A DNA stretch of 64,000 bases, from assembly GCF_009914755.1 (NCBI RefSeq), contig NC_060925.1; one strand, written 5' to 3'. The notes under the pieces were generated by a model that made no database searches, had not been told where the DNA came from, and saw nothing but the letters and a program-made list of their open reading frames with translations. The translations under genes and the position numbers were made by a program. This DNA is from the human T2T-CHM13v2.0 reference genome, Homo sapiens. Positions 27,371-42,900 of this stretch are shown here, piece after piece; position 1 is the first letter of the stretch, and each line of letters opens with the position of its first letter.

Positions 27371-28598
27371 CATAGGCATGTTCTTCTTCCCCCGCGTGAA
27401 AACTTGGCCCCAGGCACAGGTTGCTAATGCAGTCACAGCAGACGTCTTTGTTGCCCTTCACTGTGATTCAACCCCACCATTCTTGAGCAAGTCTTTGAAG
27501 CCCATCCAATCTTAACAGAACTGCTTTTGTGGGTGAGACATCTCTAAGAAGTTCAATTGTGTTTTGGACCAAAATCATTTGCCATTCTTCTGTTCCTAAC
27601 ACACGGGTCTCTGTGTGTTGATCTAACCAATTGGTAGTGTTTTGAGTAATACATCATGAGGCCAATGGCGCCTTAACGATGTATTACATTAATATATCAT
27701 CAAAGCCATGGCATTGTTATGATATATTACTTTAATACATCATTGGAGTGCCACAGCTTTAATGATGTATTACTCAAGACCATAGCAACAGCTAGAAAGA
27801 TCAAGATAAGTTTTGTATTTTTAAAACTTATTCTCAGTAAATATAATTTTTTTTTAAGTTTCCACAATAAAATATGTGTTCAAACGAAATACGAGGATGC
27901 AAGGCCTCTGATAAGTAAGCAACGAGATGCTTCCTTGGTCATCCTCCTCCCACTGTCTACTACGTACCTGGCTCCTAAGTTCATTTTAAACCACTTTATC
28001 CAAATCTCCTAAAAGTAATATTGCTACTGAATTTATGATTCTATAAGTATCCCAGGGATCTCCAATTTAATGTTACAGCTGCACATTTATAGAGCAGTTG
28101 TTTTTCCAATGGTAGCTTAAGCATTTTCTACCCACCTTTCCAAAGGATTCTACACTGTCCAGGCCAAAATGTCCTTCAAGAAACTCTTGGGCAAGTTTGA
28201 TTTTTTGTATAAGATGTCTGAATCCCCTGTATCTCTAACTTCTCCTCCTTGTTGGCATATCAGTGTGTGTGTGAGAGAGAGAGTGTGTGTGTGTGTTGTA
28301 TATAACATTGTATGTCCTCTCTGAGAGATTTCCAATATGTAAGACGGATTTAGAGATAGACCTAAATCTCAGATCTTCCATGTAACAGCCTTAAGCATTC
28401 ACTATTTTTAGCATAATGAAAGTTGACCAAGAAATTGGATTACTGGAGTTGCACCAATTGCAACAGTATCAGTATCAATAAAAACAGGAAAATGTTTTAG
28501 TCCGTATCCTCATGACAAATCTTGACTGTCTAACAAGAGTTCCACTCACTTGAAAATGGTTTGAAGAGCAATCACATGCTTCCTGTGTGCGTGTGCAT

Positions 28599-28599
<1 letters not shown>

Positions 28600-28633
<34 letters not shown>
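28600..28633 (+). repeat. (CA)n microsatellite
   Basis: About 17 units. Confidence 0.95.
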
Positions 28634-28638
<5 letters not shown>

Positions 28639-28750
28639 GGAGAACAAGACATTGGGGCCAGAGATCTGACCTCAAAGCAAGCCTTCTTAAGAAGGCCCTA
28701 ATATTCTAATACTCACACTCCCTTGAATTCAATTGTTAAAATTTAATTTT

Positions 28751-28962
28751 CCAGCCTGGGCACCACGGCAAAACCTCTTCTCTACGAAAAATACAAAAAT
28801 TAGCCAGGCATGGTGGCGCACGCCTGTAGTCCCAGCTACTTGGGAGGCTGAGGCAGGAGGATCACCTGAGCCTGAGGAGGTCAAGGCTGCAGTGAGCCAA
28901 GATTGTGCCACTGCACTCCAGCCTGGGTGACAGAGTGAGACCTTGTCTCAAAAAAAAAAAAA
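28751..28962 (+). mobile_element. 5'-truncated AluJ
   Basis: Starts at ccagcctgggca; J-type right arm; poly(A). Confidence 0.9.
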
Positions 28963-31668
28963 GTTTAATTCTTCAGAAAATTCAGAATTCGTGTTATTTA
29001 GGGAGGGGTAATGCAGTTCTAGGCAGAGGTGACAGCCTGCTTCTGAAATTTCTAAGACATAGCTTTATACTGTCAGTGTTTTTCACGTTGTGAAATTTAG
29101 AAGCACCCAATCAACCACTCTGCAACACCCCGATTTCTCTATCCTGGTGTCTTTCACTCTTTTCACAGCTTTGGCTCAAATCTGTCATACCAGATTCCTC
29201 TGAACACCTCTCAGGCAGGAAAGCCTTTTCTCATTTCGAGTGCCTGACTTGGGAATTGAATTCTCTCACCCTCTTTTCTCTCTTCATCTAGGCTGAAGGA
29301 CTGCAAGGGAGCCAGCTGCATGAGAATAGATTAGGCGAGAAATGATGATTCAGCACCCACGGCTTCCTGCCATGTGCTAAATGATCAGTTTAGTCTCAAT
29401 CAGCAGATAAAGAAAAGGCCCGGGGAAGGGACAAGAAGATTCGCCCTGGCAAAGGGAAGAATGACAAAGATCTTCGCATCAGAAATGTGAGGTTTGCAAT
29501 AAGATGGTACTGAAGAAAAAAATGTGTCAAATGGTTTTTGTCGTTTGTTCTTGAAGGTAACCAGAGGCAGGAAGCCTTGTTGCTTATAAATCACAATTAA
29601 CCACAGAGCTACAAGGGGCCTCTGAGATTAGACTCAATCCCCGATTTTACAAATGAGGCACAGGAAGTGCTGGGTAGCACCTGCGATTCCTGGAGCACCT
29701 TTAGAGAAGTTCACAAATTACATTCAGTGGCGATCAAACAGGAGCATACGTTTTTCTCTGCCCAGAAGGGCCACCCCATCCTCATCATCTGTACTTAACC
29801 CAAAATGCTCAGTCTAAGTCCCACTTTCTCCAGGAAGCCTTCCTGACTCACCCAAGCCTGTGATGACTTCCCCCTGCCTCTGATCCCCTATAGCTGACTG
29901 TCCCTTCATTTTCATTATCTGCTACTTTGTATTATCATTTTCCCTTTCTAAGATGTATTTGCCCAATAATTTCAAGTTCAGAAACTTTGGAAAGGGTACA
30001 TGCACCTGCCCCGGGCAGGCAGAAGAGTGGTGGGAGCAGGTGAAGACACAGCCTTTGGGTTGCAGGAGCAGGCATGCTGCAACATGCTGTGTGCTTCTCT
30101 TGCACAGCACCTTCACAAAGCAGCTGTTTAATACAGGCTGTCCATAAAGTCAGGAAACAAATCATATAATACAATTCTTAGTAAAGATTGAAGATGTTCC
30201 TAATGCCATCCTGTATATTTGCCTGGGTCCAGACTTTGTGGACCACCTGACTATGTTGGTTATTTGTACAAATGAAGGAAGTTCTGACATAAGTTCCTGA
30301 AATCAGAGTGCAAAAGAAAACGTTTGTGTCCCAGAACTTCTGGCTCCTCTTTTCACCATTCTACTATAATCATTTCTTTTTAAAGTTCTAAGTTGAAATG
30401 GTACCGTATCACTTTTATGTATAGTCAGGTATATGCAGATATAGTTAGATATATAGAGATATATACAAAACTGCAGTTTTATCTTTCATAAATAATAGTT
30501 TAAAATACACACTAAAATAAAGACTACAAAATACTTGGTAATTTTCATCTGGACTCTTCATAGAAAATTAGAAATCAATGGATTTTTCTGGAACTCTTAT
30601 TGGGAAACAGATATTTCTATATGCAGTCTCCTAAGAAGACTTGTCTTTTTGTACACACATAAACGAGTAATTACTTCTAGTACACAAAAGTTCACACTCA
30701 TCAACAGAAGACTCTGCCTTAATTCCAACTTTTCCTGCAAACCATTCAGATAATCATTCAGAGTCAACTGAATTTTCATGATATAAGAAAAGGCACATTC
30801 ATTGCAAAGCATTCATCTTTAAATTTGTAAAACATGTCCTTGTGAGATGATATTTTCAAAAAGGATCTGCCAGCTACTCTGTTAATGTATTGCATATATT
30901 AACAGAAGACTAAATACCATAGTTTTCCAATCTAGCAAGACTGCACAATGAATCAGTTTCACTAAACCTAATTCCATTCACCACACCGAATGTGTGCCTT
31001 CAGCCCTTGGAGTATTCCAACGCACTCAAATGCTTGACAAGAACAACACGAAAATTGAGTTTCCCGTCAGGGTCAGGATGTTGCATTTTTGCTTCACATA
31101 CAATGAACAGATTCCTTTCCTTTTTCACTTTCCAATGATTGTGTGTGTCAGGCAGATACAAACAACAGAACTCTGTACTTCCGAAATCTCAGCATCAATG
31201 CATACATTAAATGGAACAAAGTGATGCCCACGTGACACTTTTCTGAGGCAAAACACTTCTCCCCAGGAAAAAAAAAAAAAACGTGGTCAGGCATTATATG
31301 TTTCCCCAGTTACCCTCGTCTCTTCTTGACCTTCCTTCCTGCTGGTGCTATATCCTTTGTTGCCAAGATAACTTGTTTATAAAAGTGCTGTATCAGTTAC
31401 TGAAAACAAGTGACACATGATTTACCTGGGGTGTATTACAACAGTAAATGCCAGGATCGAGCAAGAAACTACAGACTCTCCTTTCTGAACATTGACTTCT
31501 ATCATGAAGAAAATTTGAGCCTATAAAACTGTCACTAGGATACAAGAATTACCCCCAGAGTAAAAGTTTGCTATGAAAACTACAAATATTTTAAATTTCT
31601 TTCCTCCTTTTATGCTCTGTAATCTCTCGTGATGATACACTGTTTCTGGAATTTAAAAATGGATTCAT

Positions 31669-32035
<367 letters not shown>

Positions 32036-32594
32036 TTACTCCATTCACACGGCACTATGCAATCCCCATAATAAGCTCTGTTCTCATTCAAATCCTGACC
32101 CTGGCTTAGGTGATTCCTCACCAAAATGCTGTCTTTTCATCCTTTGTCTGGCCAATTATTACTTGTACCTCAAGTCTCAAATTAGGCTTTGCTTACCCCA
32201 GGAAGCCTCTCTCAATAGTCCAGCGCTTGACGAGGGTAGATGATTTTCCTACAGCCCACTGCGCTTTTCCTTATCATACCATCTATCACCCTTCATTGTA
32301 AATGTCTGCTTCCTTCTCAAGCCCCCTCCCCAGGCTGAGGTTTCTTGGGGACAGGTACTCCATCTTTCTTACTACTATACACTCAGCACTTAACAGTGCT
32401 GGGCACATAACAGACACACTCACTACATTTTTCTGGAATAAGTGAACATGATGTACTCAATTTTTAGTACATACAATGAGAGGAGTGGGGAATTATTCCT
32501 ACACAAATAGCTGAACCTCGATTAAATTCTGCTCCCCGTCATCCAGCATGTTCCAGTTCCCTGTCCTCTCTCCATTCCTTAAAGAGACATGGCT

Positions 32595-32939
<345 letters not shown>

Positions 32940-33305
32940 CTAAAATTTCATCCTCCAGGTCTTCATATGGCTGGATGTTTCTTGCCATTCATATCTCAGC
33001 TTAAAGGTCAGTGAGGCCTCCCCTGGCCTTTCAGTCTAAATGCGCTACCGAAGCATTGGGTATTGTTTCACCTGTCACACTTCTCTGCATGGCTCATATT
33101 ACTACCTGATCTTTTATTTCTACATTTATTGTGTCACTCCACCATCATTAGAATGTTAGCTCAATGAGTGTAGAGGCTTCTCTGTCTTATTCACAGCCAT
33201 GTCCCCAGAGCCTAAAACTTCATTGGCACATAGTAGACGCTGAATGAATGAATGAATGAATGAAGGATTGAAGTATCGAAAAATTTAAACAATTAAAAAT
33301 CATGA

Positions 33306-33728
33306 CCCAGCACTGTGGGAGGCCGAGGCAGGTGGATCGCTTGAGCTCAGGAGTTTGAGACCATCGTGGGCAACATGGAGGAACCTCATCTCTATTAAAA
33401 ATAAAAAAAAAAATCCCCCAGGCGTGGTGGCATGCACCCGTAGTCCCAGCTACTCAGAGGCTGAGGTAGGAGATTTGCTTGAGCCCAAGTTCAAGACTGC
33501 AGTGAGCTATGACTATGCCACTGCACTCCAGTCTGGGTGACAGAGTAACACCCTGTCTCAAAAAAAAAAAAATTCATGAGGCCAGGTGTGGTGGCTTATG
33601 CCTATAATCCCAGCAGTCTGGGAGGCCAAGGCGGGAGGATCACTTGAGGCCAGGAGTTTGAGACCAACCAGGGCAATGAAGCAAGACCCCATTTCTACAA
33701 AAATTAAAATAATAAATAAATAAATAAA
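33306..33728 (+). mobile_element. AluJ (33306-33572) followed by a FLAM (33579-33728)
   Basis: Two consecutive + strand Alu-family copies. Confidence 0.9.
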
Positions 33729-34509
33729 GTCATGAAAAATTCCAGACATGCTTAAAAATCAGCTAGAAAAACCACTAGGTTTACATGACACCTACTGATA
33801 ATAACATTATTCACTTTGCATTCTTTTACACCCAAGTCACCCTGGAGTATACTAAGGCTGTTACACTCTGAAAGGAAGGAATAAACTCTAGGTGACATTC
33901 AGCAGCTGTCCAGGTGATGGCTGAGGAGCTGACCTGGTAGAAGGGGAGCACTCCTTGGAGAAAGGATCTTCTACCTGTACCTGAGCACATAAAGAAGTGA
34001 GGATCTACCCAAAGAAGCAAAAAGGAATCTCAATTCCTGACAAGGATCGATGTCTAGAATGGACAAGTTTCTTAGCAAGAAGAACTATGGAGAAGTTGAG
34101 TTCTTACAGGAGCCAAAAGGACTTGAGTTTTACCAGAGTATCTCAAATCAACCAACAGGTTCAGAAATTTGTACTCCTAGGTATTTCCTGGATTTTGTGA
34201 GACATAAATGCAATATCTAGATACATATGCCTTCCACTAGGGAGACATTAGAAACCTTTCTCCTCTTGGAACCTGTCCACAGGTTCCAAGACCTGGAGCA
34301 GCACCCAGGAGATACAATGGCATGAAACTCCTGCTCTGAGGACAATCTTTGATCAAGATTACAAAACACATCACTTTTGGAGCTTAAGAGGAAACCTTTT
34401 ATCCCTCCAAAAGCATCCAAAACCCTTGAAAGTTACAAGGCACAGGAAAAGTCACTGTCACAACCCCTGAACTAGTAATGGTACAATTATAATTACCCAT
34501 CCCAAGCTG

Positions 34510-34735
34510 AAATGAGTGATACTGCATGGACTGACCGGGGTTTGAATCCAGACTCCTCCACTTACTGTGTGAACTTGGCCAAGTTCCTTAACCTCTCAGA
34601 GCTACTATTTTTTCCATCGGTTATAAAATAATGGAATAATACTCTTTCAGGGTTATTGGCAGGGCTAAGTGAGCCAAGGTGTATCAGGCCCTTAGCAAAA
34701 GAGAAAAGGCTTAATCATTGGTGACTATTGTAATT
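34510..34735 (+). mobile_element. MIR
   Basis: ggtttgaatccagactcctccacttactgtgtgaacttggccaagttccttaacctctc. Confidence 0.75.
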
Positions 34736-37700
34736 ATTGCTGTCATTTGTAAATAAAAGTGGTTGTTATAGATAAAAATATTGGAGACTAGAGAATTGTG
34801 GCTCAGAACTTTTAGTTATGTGAATCCATTTACAAAAGAGCTACCAAAGAATAGTTCAAAGTCCAAAGCTCAGATTGCTACATGCTAATTCTTTGCCATA
34901 CCCCTTTTTGAGAAATCTCTTTGAAATTTTGGGTATATAAGCTAATATGGCATGTTATGAACAATATGTTATTGCTTCTCTAAAAGGAATTATATTGTAT
35001 ATCCGCAGGATGAGACTCACCACTCTTAGGCTATAATTAGTTCATGTCCATTAAATAGCAGTTGCACAACTTCCTAGTAATTTACTGGTAGCCTAAATTA
35101 TAAGGCTGCTATTTGAAAATGTTTTTGCCTGAGTCATTTTTCCCTCTCAGTCTCACTTAAGTCTGGGTCTCTTAAACTAGAATAGGAATTAGCTGCTTTT
35201 TGCAGATCAGAGAACAGATTCTGAAATCATCCATATTACGATATCCTAAATTTCACCAAGGGAAAGAGAAAGTTTATGTGACAATCAAGAAAGATTATGG
35301 CAAACAAATTCACATGGAATTGGCTTTAACAAACCTTTTTCATACCTCCTCAGAAACAACAGTTGTAAGAAATATCATTAGTTTGTGTGTGTAAGAAATA
35401 TTATTAGTTGGTGCATGACATTTCATGTTAAATTGATTATAAAGACATCGATTAGGTACAGTGTACACTGTTGAGCAATAAAATTTAAATCAATGACAGA
35501 CGCTATCCAACAATCTTTAAAGAGAGCAGCATCACTTTTTAATAAGAAGAAAAAAAGGAATGCTAGGATTGATATCACTCTCAATGCCATTGCAAGAAAA
35601 TACACTTTTGAAAATCTTAAAAAGATACATTAGGAAAGTGAAAAGCATAGCAATCATTCAAAAAAGAAATAGTATCATATAAAAATGAAATGTATTTGCA
35701 TTTATTCAGAGAATCTAAAGCAAATCAATACTACATCAATTACAGGTACTAGAAATTGAACAGTAGCTGGTTAACAAAAGAGCATTTACACTATTCTTTA
35801 ACATGGCATTGGACAACATCACCACAAGCACAACCTGAAAATTGAGTGAAAAGCAAACACACTGATTGTCCTATCTGATCTGCACCCATAAACTGTATCT
35901 GATGAATTTTAATGACATTAAAAAAACCGATGGGTAACAATATATTAACCCATCAGTGATAAGGGGCTGACTGGAGTCAAAGCCCCTGCACTTAAGGGTC
36001 AGACACCTGTTTAGAAAAATACCACTGAGATGGTCAAGAGGGGCCTTGTTCTCAATATTCTCCATCAACTCTGCCACACTTGTACAAGTTTCATTTACAT
36101 TTTCTTATCCAATTACATCTTGCTCAATTCCTCACTACAATTTATAGCAAACTTTACAAAGCTTTTGACCTGTATCATCTTATTAAGCTTTTATGAAAAA
36201 TCAATGGAGTTCCATCATCTCACGAGGCTCTTCCTCACACAGTTGTCAGTGTGAGTGGAGAAGTCTATTTATCCCCAAATCTGGAGAAGAGGTACTTATT
36301 TACAAGCTAGGCTCCAGTACGTAGGAAATTATTTTATTTTTCTAAAATACAACATTTTAAAGAATTGCAACCTTGTAAAAATGAGCCTGAAAGGAAAACA
36401 AAAACAGCCAGTTTTTAATCTTCTGTCTTTCTTTAATGTGCTCACGGGCTCTTCCCAGAATAACGCATCATTCTCTGGACCAAGAGAACTCAGGAAGCCG
36501 ACATGCCGAGACAGCTGAGTCACTTGAGAAAAAGAGAGAGACCTGCCGATCGCCTCCAAGAAGAGAAAGAAACTGTCCTGGAGCCCAAGGGACATGCCAT
36601 GCTGAGGAGCTCAGACACACACGCGCCTCCCTGCCTCACCCACCACTTCCTATGGAGGGCTTTTTTAAAGGTTCGCATTTTTAAGGAAGAAATGGCAGGC
36701 TGTCTCTTATTACTTTGCCAATCAACAACGTAAACCCTTCTCTTCCTCTGCTTCCTCTCCGAAAGGTACCGGATTGGGTTCCAGAAATTTTTAAAGAGAA
36801 AATTCAAGCCAATTTAATAATTGAGTCAAGAACTAGTTGTAGAGGCCCAGCTTCTCATCCTGCCCAGATTCACTGAATGGCAAATACTCCACACAGCACT
36901 GTTTTCCACCTGCTCCCCTGAGCCCAGGATCTGTGCATGAGGCCACCTCCGCCCGGACCCCTACACATGGCTGCCCTATGGGTTCCTCACACTCAGTTTG
37001 TCCAAACCTGACCTCGCCGTCATCTCCCCAGCCTCTCTCTACAGATAGTTCAGTGTTCTTACTGCCATTCCCCTGGTAACTTGGGCCAGAAATCTGAAAG
37101 CCAGCCTAGAATCCTCTTACCTTCCAAATGTTGCATGAATCTGTACCCTCTCTCCCCACCCTACTCCTGATCACCAATTCCATCTTTACAATCAACACAA
37201 TAGCCCCCAAAATCTCTCCTACACTATCACAAATTGCTTCCCAACTGCTCTTTCTGCCTGCCTTCTTGGCCATATAAATGCATAATAGACTCTGATAATC
37301 TGGCTAGAAAATGTAATTCTGACCATACACTCGTCTCCACTGCAATCCTTCTGAAACTCCATCAGTATCAGTCACATTCAGCACAAGGCCCAGCTTTTGT
37401 GGGAAGCCAAACTTCTCAGTCATGGGCCTACAGCTGCCATTTCCTGAAAGCTCTGTATATACCAGGCCATGGGTTTTTGGTTTTCCACATAAAATGCTTC
37501 CCCACAAACATAGGGAATCATAGACTCCTTGCAAAAATGACTCCCTCTCGAATCCTAGGATTTGGAGACTTCAGTTTGGTTTCTGTTCAGATTGAAAATA
37601 CAACAAATGACAAGGAACTCTGAAATCCACACAGTATCTTGCCTTTGCCAATAGCCTCTGCCTCCCCTTCAACTTTAAGAACTGTAGTGACCTATCAGAG

Positions 37701-37854
37701 GGAGAAGCAGAATGCCTAGAAACTCCACCAACATGTAAGCATCAACCTAAAGACTCTACAGGTGGCCAAGGCAAAGGCTCCAAGGAGATCAGAGAGTTAG
37801 GAAGACACAGCAGATCCTAAATAATGAGCTAATTTCCTCCTACAAAAATGCAGA

Positions 37855-38130
37855 AGAGCAGTGCTTAGGCACACATGTTGGTGGCAGTCAGACCTGGGTT
37901 CAAGTTCCCCTCTGCCATCTACTAAGTATGAGACCTTGAGCTACATAATCTGTGAGCCTTAGTCTTGTCACTTGTAAATGATGATGTTCCTAAGAGTGTA
38001 AAATTCTCAAAGGTTACTGGAAAGACTAAATAAGGACTTGACATCAAACCTAGCACAGAGAGCTCAATAAATGCAGGTATTACTAATATTGTAAACATAT
38101 AAGCTCAATAAATGCAGTTATTACTCATAT
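37855..38130 (+). mobile_element. MIR with duplicated 3' end (29 bp at 38061-38089 and 38102-38130)
   Basis: agacctgggttcaag..gaccttgag; agctcaataaatgcag(g/t)tattact(a/c)atat twice. Confidence 0.75.
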
Positions 38131-38225
38131 ATTAGCACATGACCTAACAAGATTTCCTACAAGTTATCATGATTCGCTGTACTCAATAATACCCTTTTTT
38201 CTCGATGACCTATTTCTTATGTTAC

Positions 38226-38544
38226 TTTTCTTTTCTTTCTTTTCCTTTTTCTTTTTCTTTTTTTTTTTTTCTGAGACAGGATCTTGCTTTGTCACCCATG
38301 CTAGAGTGCAGTGGCTCACTGAAGCCTCAAACTCCTGGGCTCAAGGAATCCTCCCACCTCAGCTTCCCAAGTAGATGAGACCACAGGCATGCACCACCAC
38401 AACCAGCTAATTTTTTAAATTTTCTGTAGAAAAGCAGTCTTCCTATGTTGCCCAGGCTGGTCTCCAACTCCTGGGCTCAAGCAATCCTCCTGCTTCAACC
38501 TCCCAAAGTGCTAGAATTATGGACGTGAGCCACCTCACCCAGCC
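38226..38544 (-). mobile_element. AluJ
   Basis: Reverse Alu with ctcctgggctcaag in both arms. Confidence 0.92.
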
Positions 38545-40258
38545 CCTGTGTTGATTTTCTCAACCCACTCTGTAGCATGCAAAATAACCCTGCTTGATAT
38601 AACCAGAGAGTCAAACAAAAGTTAAGGTGCATTTTCCAAATGACCCAAGAATCTTTTTTCAAACACCCCTGAAGCTTGACTCTTTTCTGGATTCAGTCCT
38701 AGCCCTTCTTTTCTTCTCATGCTTCACGGTGTCTTTGGGAAGCTCATCCACTTCCACAGTATGGTGTGCCTTGTGAGTTAGCTATCTTTTTCCTTTTCCT
38801 GACAGAATGTCAGTTCTCATTCAACCGTCCATCTCTCCCTCATGTGCCTAGAACAGTGGGCCCACCCAGAGCTTGGGAGGTGGGCCTGGTCTTAGGCTAA
38901 TTTGTCTTCTTTGCCAGTGACAGGTTCAGGAACCGCAGTGATCTGTTGACCCAGTAAATTGATTCAGAAATGGGCATGGGACCCATGGTCAGTGTCCTGG
39001 AAAAGGCTTCTGTGCATTGTTCTTTTAAGAGAGACATTTCAAAATATGGTCTCTTTTCTGGGGGGCATTGTTGAATGCACCCATTGATGAGGCGTGGAGC
39101 TAATGGAACCATCAGCCCCCAGTCAGAGGAGAAGGCAACACAGAGAAGGCATGCAGAGGCCAGAGGACATCAGAAAAGCAAGGCTGGAGCCCCAAGTGAA
39201 ATAAGACTGACCACCACCTTACCTCTGGTGCCCTTTAATTTTTCTGAGCTGATAAATCTCTTCTGTTTTTTGGGTTGTATTTCTGCAATTACTTGCGGTC
39301 CAAAGTACTCTGATGCATATGGCTTCAATTGCCACCCATAGCTGATGAGTTCAAATTTATATCTCCAGCAAGAACCGTTTTCCTAAGCTTCAATCCCATA
39401 TGCCAGATACTAAGTGACAAAGCACCAACACTTCAAAGAGAAACTGAGCTCAGTGTCTTTCTTCAAAAACCTGCTCCCGCTCCTACATTCTCTATCTCAG
39501 TTGATTACCACCACCACCCACCCAGAAACCCTAGCCAGAATCCTAGGAGCCAGCTGTGACCCTTCCTCTCTTGCAGTAGATCTTCTCCCTGCCACCCCCC
39601 ACCACGTCCAGTGGATCACCAGATCCTGCTGCTTGTACCTTCTACATCACTAATCCATTGTTACCATCTCTTCCCATCCTCATTGCCGTTGCCTTAGTAA
39701 TATCCTCATCATTTCTCCCCTGGATTAATACAAAAGGGTAATCCATTTCCCCACCCCAGCTTCTCACCATCCAATCCAGAGTTATAACAACAGAATTCTT
39801 GAACATGTGTGCCAGGCACTATTAAAGTATTTTACATGTATTAACTCATCTAATCCCCACACCAGCCCTTCGAGTCAGTGTTATACCCTGTATACAAGTA
39901 GGAAAACAAAAGCATTTAATGTGACAGGCAGGGATAGGATTCGAACCCACATGGTTTAATTCTTAACTACGAACCTTCCCCTCTCTAATCACATCATCTG
40001 ATCACCTAAAATCCTTCAGGGACTCCTTATTTTGCTGAAAGAGCCTTCACAATTCAAGCCCTGCCTTGCCGACTGAAGCCCTTTCTTCCTCTTCTCCCGC
40101 GTGCACCATAGTTAGTTCTTTACATTGCACTCTTACCTTCACGCTTTTGTACAGGCTGCTTCTTCCGCCAGAAATTTTTATTCCATATTGTGCACACTCA
40201 CATGACTAATTTTTACTGACTCAGTCAGGTTTCATTTCCTCCCCAACTCTTCCAGGTA

Positions 40259-40760
40259 CAGGCTGAATATCCCTCACCTGAAATGCCTGGGATCTTCTGA
40301 TTTCAGAAGATCTGAAATGCTTCAGAATCCTGATTTCAGGATCCTATTTATTTATTTATTTATTTTGGGACCAGAGTCTTGCTCTGTCATCCAGGCTGGA
40401 GTGCAGTGGCACCATCTCAGCTCACTATAAACTCTGCCTGCTGGGTTCAAGCAATTCTCCTGCCTTATCCTCCCGAGTAGCTGGGATAACAGGCACCTGC
40501 TACCACACCTGGCTAATTTTTGTACTTTTAGAAGAGACAGGGTTTTGCCATGTTAGCCAGGCTGGTCTCGAACTCCTGACCTCAGGTGACCCGCCTGCCT
40601 TGGCCTCCCAAAGTGCTGGGATTACAGGAGTGAGCCACCGCACCCAGCCCAGAATGTTTTCATTATTCCAATGAGCATTTCCTTTGAGGATCATGTTGGA
40701 GATCAAAACGTTCTGCAGTGTCTCAGCCTTGGGATTTTCCGATTAGGGCTACTCAACCTG
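40259..40760. mobile_element. Tigger4a/MER46-type element interrupted by an AluSx (-) at about 40345-40650
   Basis: TA|caggctgaatatccct ... agggctactcaacctg TIRs; ccaatgagcatttcctttgag internal motif. Confidence 0.8.
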
Positions 40761-42770
40761 CACTAAAAGCCAGCACCTAGCACCTACTTGCTCCTCTTGC
40801 CTTCACACTGTAATGTGAATGTTGTTACCTCCCCTAATTAAACATTAGGCTCCCAAACTGTGACTTACTCCACTGTGCACTGTGTCCCTAATGAATGGCA
40901 CATAATAGGTCTAAATAACCGTTCGTGGACTGAAAAAATGTTCATGGCTTTCCAAAGGACAAGAAGTGTGAAGTGTCAAAAGCAAAGTTAGGAAAACTGG
41001 CCATTTCTAAGAATTGATTTGTGAACACTACAACTTATTTTACAGCTTCTAACATTTAAAGAATGAATTAAAATGATTTTAAAATACTAAAAATCTGTTG
41101 AAACTGTGAGCAATGAAGCAAATAAATCTTATAACAGTCTTTTTAACAAGCAATTGAAAAAAGATAAATTGTAATAATAAGAGAAATATTTATTATACTC
41201 CTTCCTCCATGCTAAAGTTACTAGAAATCAAGGCTTGCTTGAGAAAAGAGTCAACAAACATCTTGGCAGTGAGTTGGGAAAGTCAAATTTAGTTAAAATG
41301 ATATTATCATAAAAAAGAATTGGTCCAGCAGGCCAGTCTTCTGAAACTATTCAGCTCATCTTGATGTACCCTCTGAAGGGAATACAATTTTTCTCTGACT
41401 TTAACCTTGATTACCATGGGGAAAAGCCTTAAATGGGATGCCCTTTTGATGATAGATAAAACATGTGTGCTGATGCGTCACGCAACATGAGTGTGATTCT
41501 CGAAGGATTTCAGTGTTTAGTCATTCTATGGCCAACAGAGCATCATACTCTATTTTTATGAAACTAAGTTTATAAATATGGCTGATTGTGGAGTACTCAT
41601 TGAGATACTGAATTTTTACTGCCTTCTAATCAATTAGCCATATAACACAGAATCATGACAATTCGTGAATAATTTTTTAGTAAAAAACAGACAGTAAGTA
41701 AGCAATATTGTTCAGTATTCTAAATGTAAATAGTTCTGAGCTGTAGATAATGGGGCAACCTTGGTACAATAAGGACTGTCAGAAAAAAGATCTACAGATG
41801 AGTGGGGAAGTAACTTGGGGGAAGTAGCCAAATCATACAGTATTAGAACTAGAAGACCCCTTACAGACCACAAGCCTTTGATTACTAAATACATTCTCAA
41901 GGACCAGTGACAAGAGGGTACCATAATATTCTAGCTACAAGCTTTTTAATTCCATCAAATCTTATATTTGGACTTGGATGTGTTTCAGCCCTAATAAAAT
42001 AAATGAGTGTTAGAATGTGTGGGAAAAGGCAAAGTAAAACAAAAAAAAATTTTAAGAAAGAGAAAAAGGATAAATAAGTGTTGCATTTTTAATTATTTGC
42101 AAAGCCACTAAATCTTTGGTGGTTTTTTTTTTTTTTTTTTGCAATTATATTGGGATATACTCTCTTGACTTTTAATTACATCTTTACTGTGATCACACCA
42201 TATATCAGGTATGTTACAGGGAGACCTAGTGTCAGATTAATACAATCTTCCCAACTTTAATCTTGTGCTCTTTTATAAATCAGAGTGCAATGTGTTGAAA
42301 GATTTCTCCATCAATTACTCCAAAGCAAAAATGTTTCTTAGTGTAATAATTAAGGCAGAAGCTGTAAATAAATATTGTGAATGTCATAGAATCAAAATCA
42401 TTAATAAGCAAAAATCTTCAATCAGAATGTTCATTTTACCCTGCTTTTTAATAACAGCCTATCAGCAAACATTTTACACACTTCATACTTTTTCATTCCC
42501 CAAATTTTTGAATGGCACATGTTACCCAAAACACCCTTGGTTGGCTCATAGGAGTAAGTGAAAAGGGAAAAATTGGAAACTGGGGTGATAATTCAACTTA
42601 TTGTGGTACTTTTTAAAGAGTCAATAAAATTTAAAAGAAAATGTAACATTGATAAAAATGATATTATGTAATTCAAAAAAATGTTTGAAAAGAAGTAGTA
42701 TGTTTTAGAAAGAATAAGTTAAAAAAATGGCAAACAAGGGACTCCTTCTTTTGAGATAGAATTAAGAAAT

Positions 42771-42900
42771 GAGCCAGGTGAGGTGGTGCCCTCTGGAAGT
42801 CCCAGCTGCGCAGGAGGACTGCTTGAGGCCAGGAGTTCAAGTTAGCCTGGGCAGCATAGGGAGACCTCATCTCTAAAACAATAAAATAAATAAATAAATA
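42771..42900 (+). mobile_element. FLAM (Alu monomer)
   Basis: Single monomer with (AAAT)n tail; taagaaatgag flanking duplication. Confidence 0.85.

Noticed and set aside
35364-35415. 26-bp degenerate tandem duplication
   Set aside because: Ordinary old slippage duplication.
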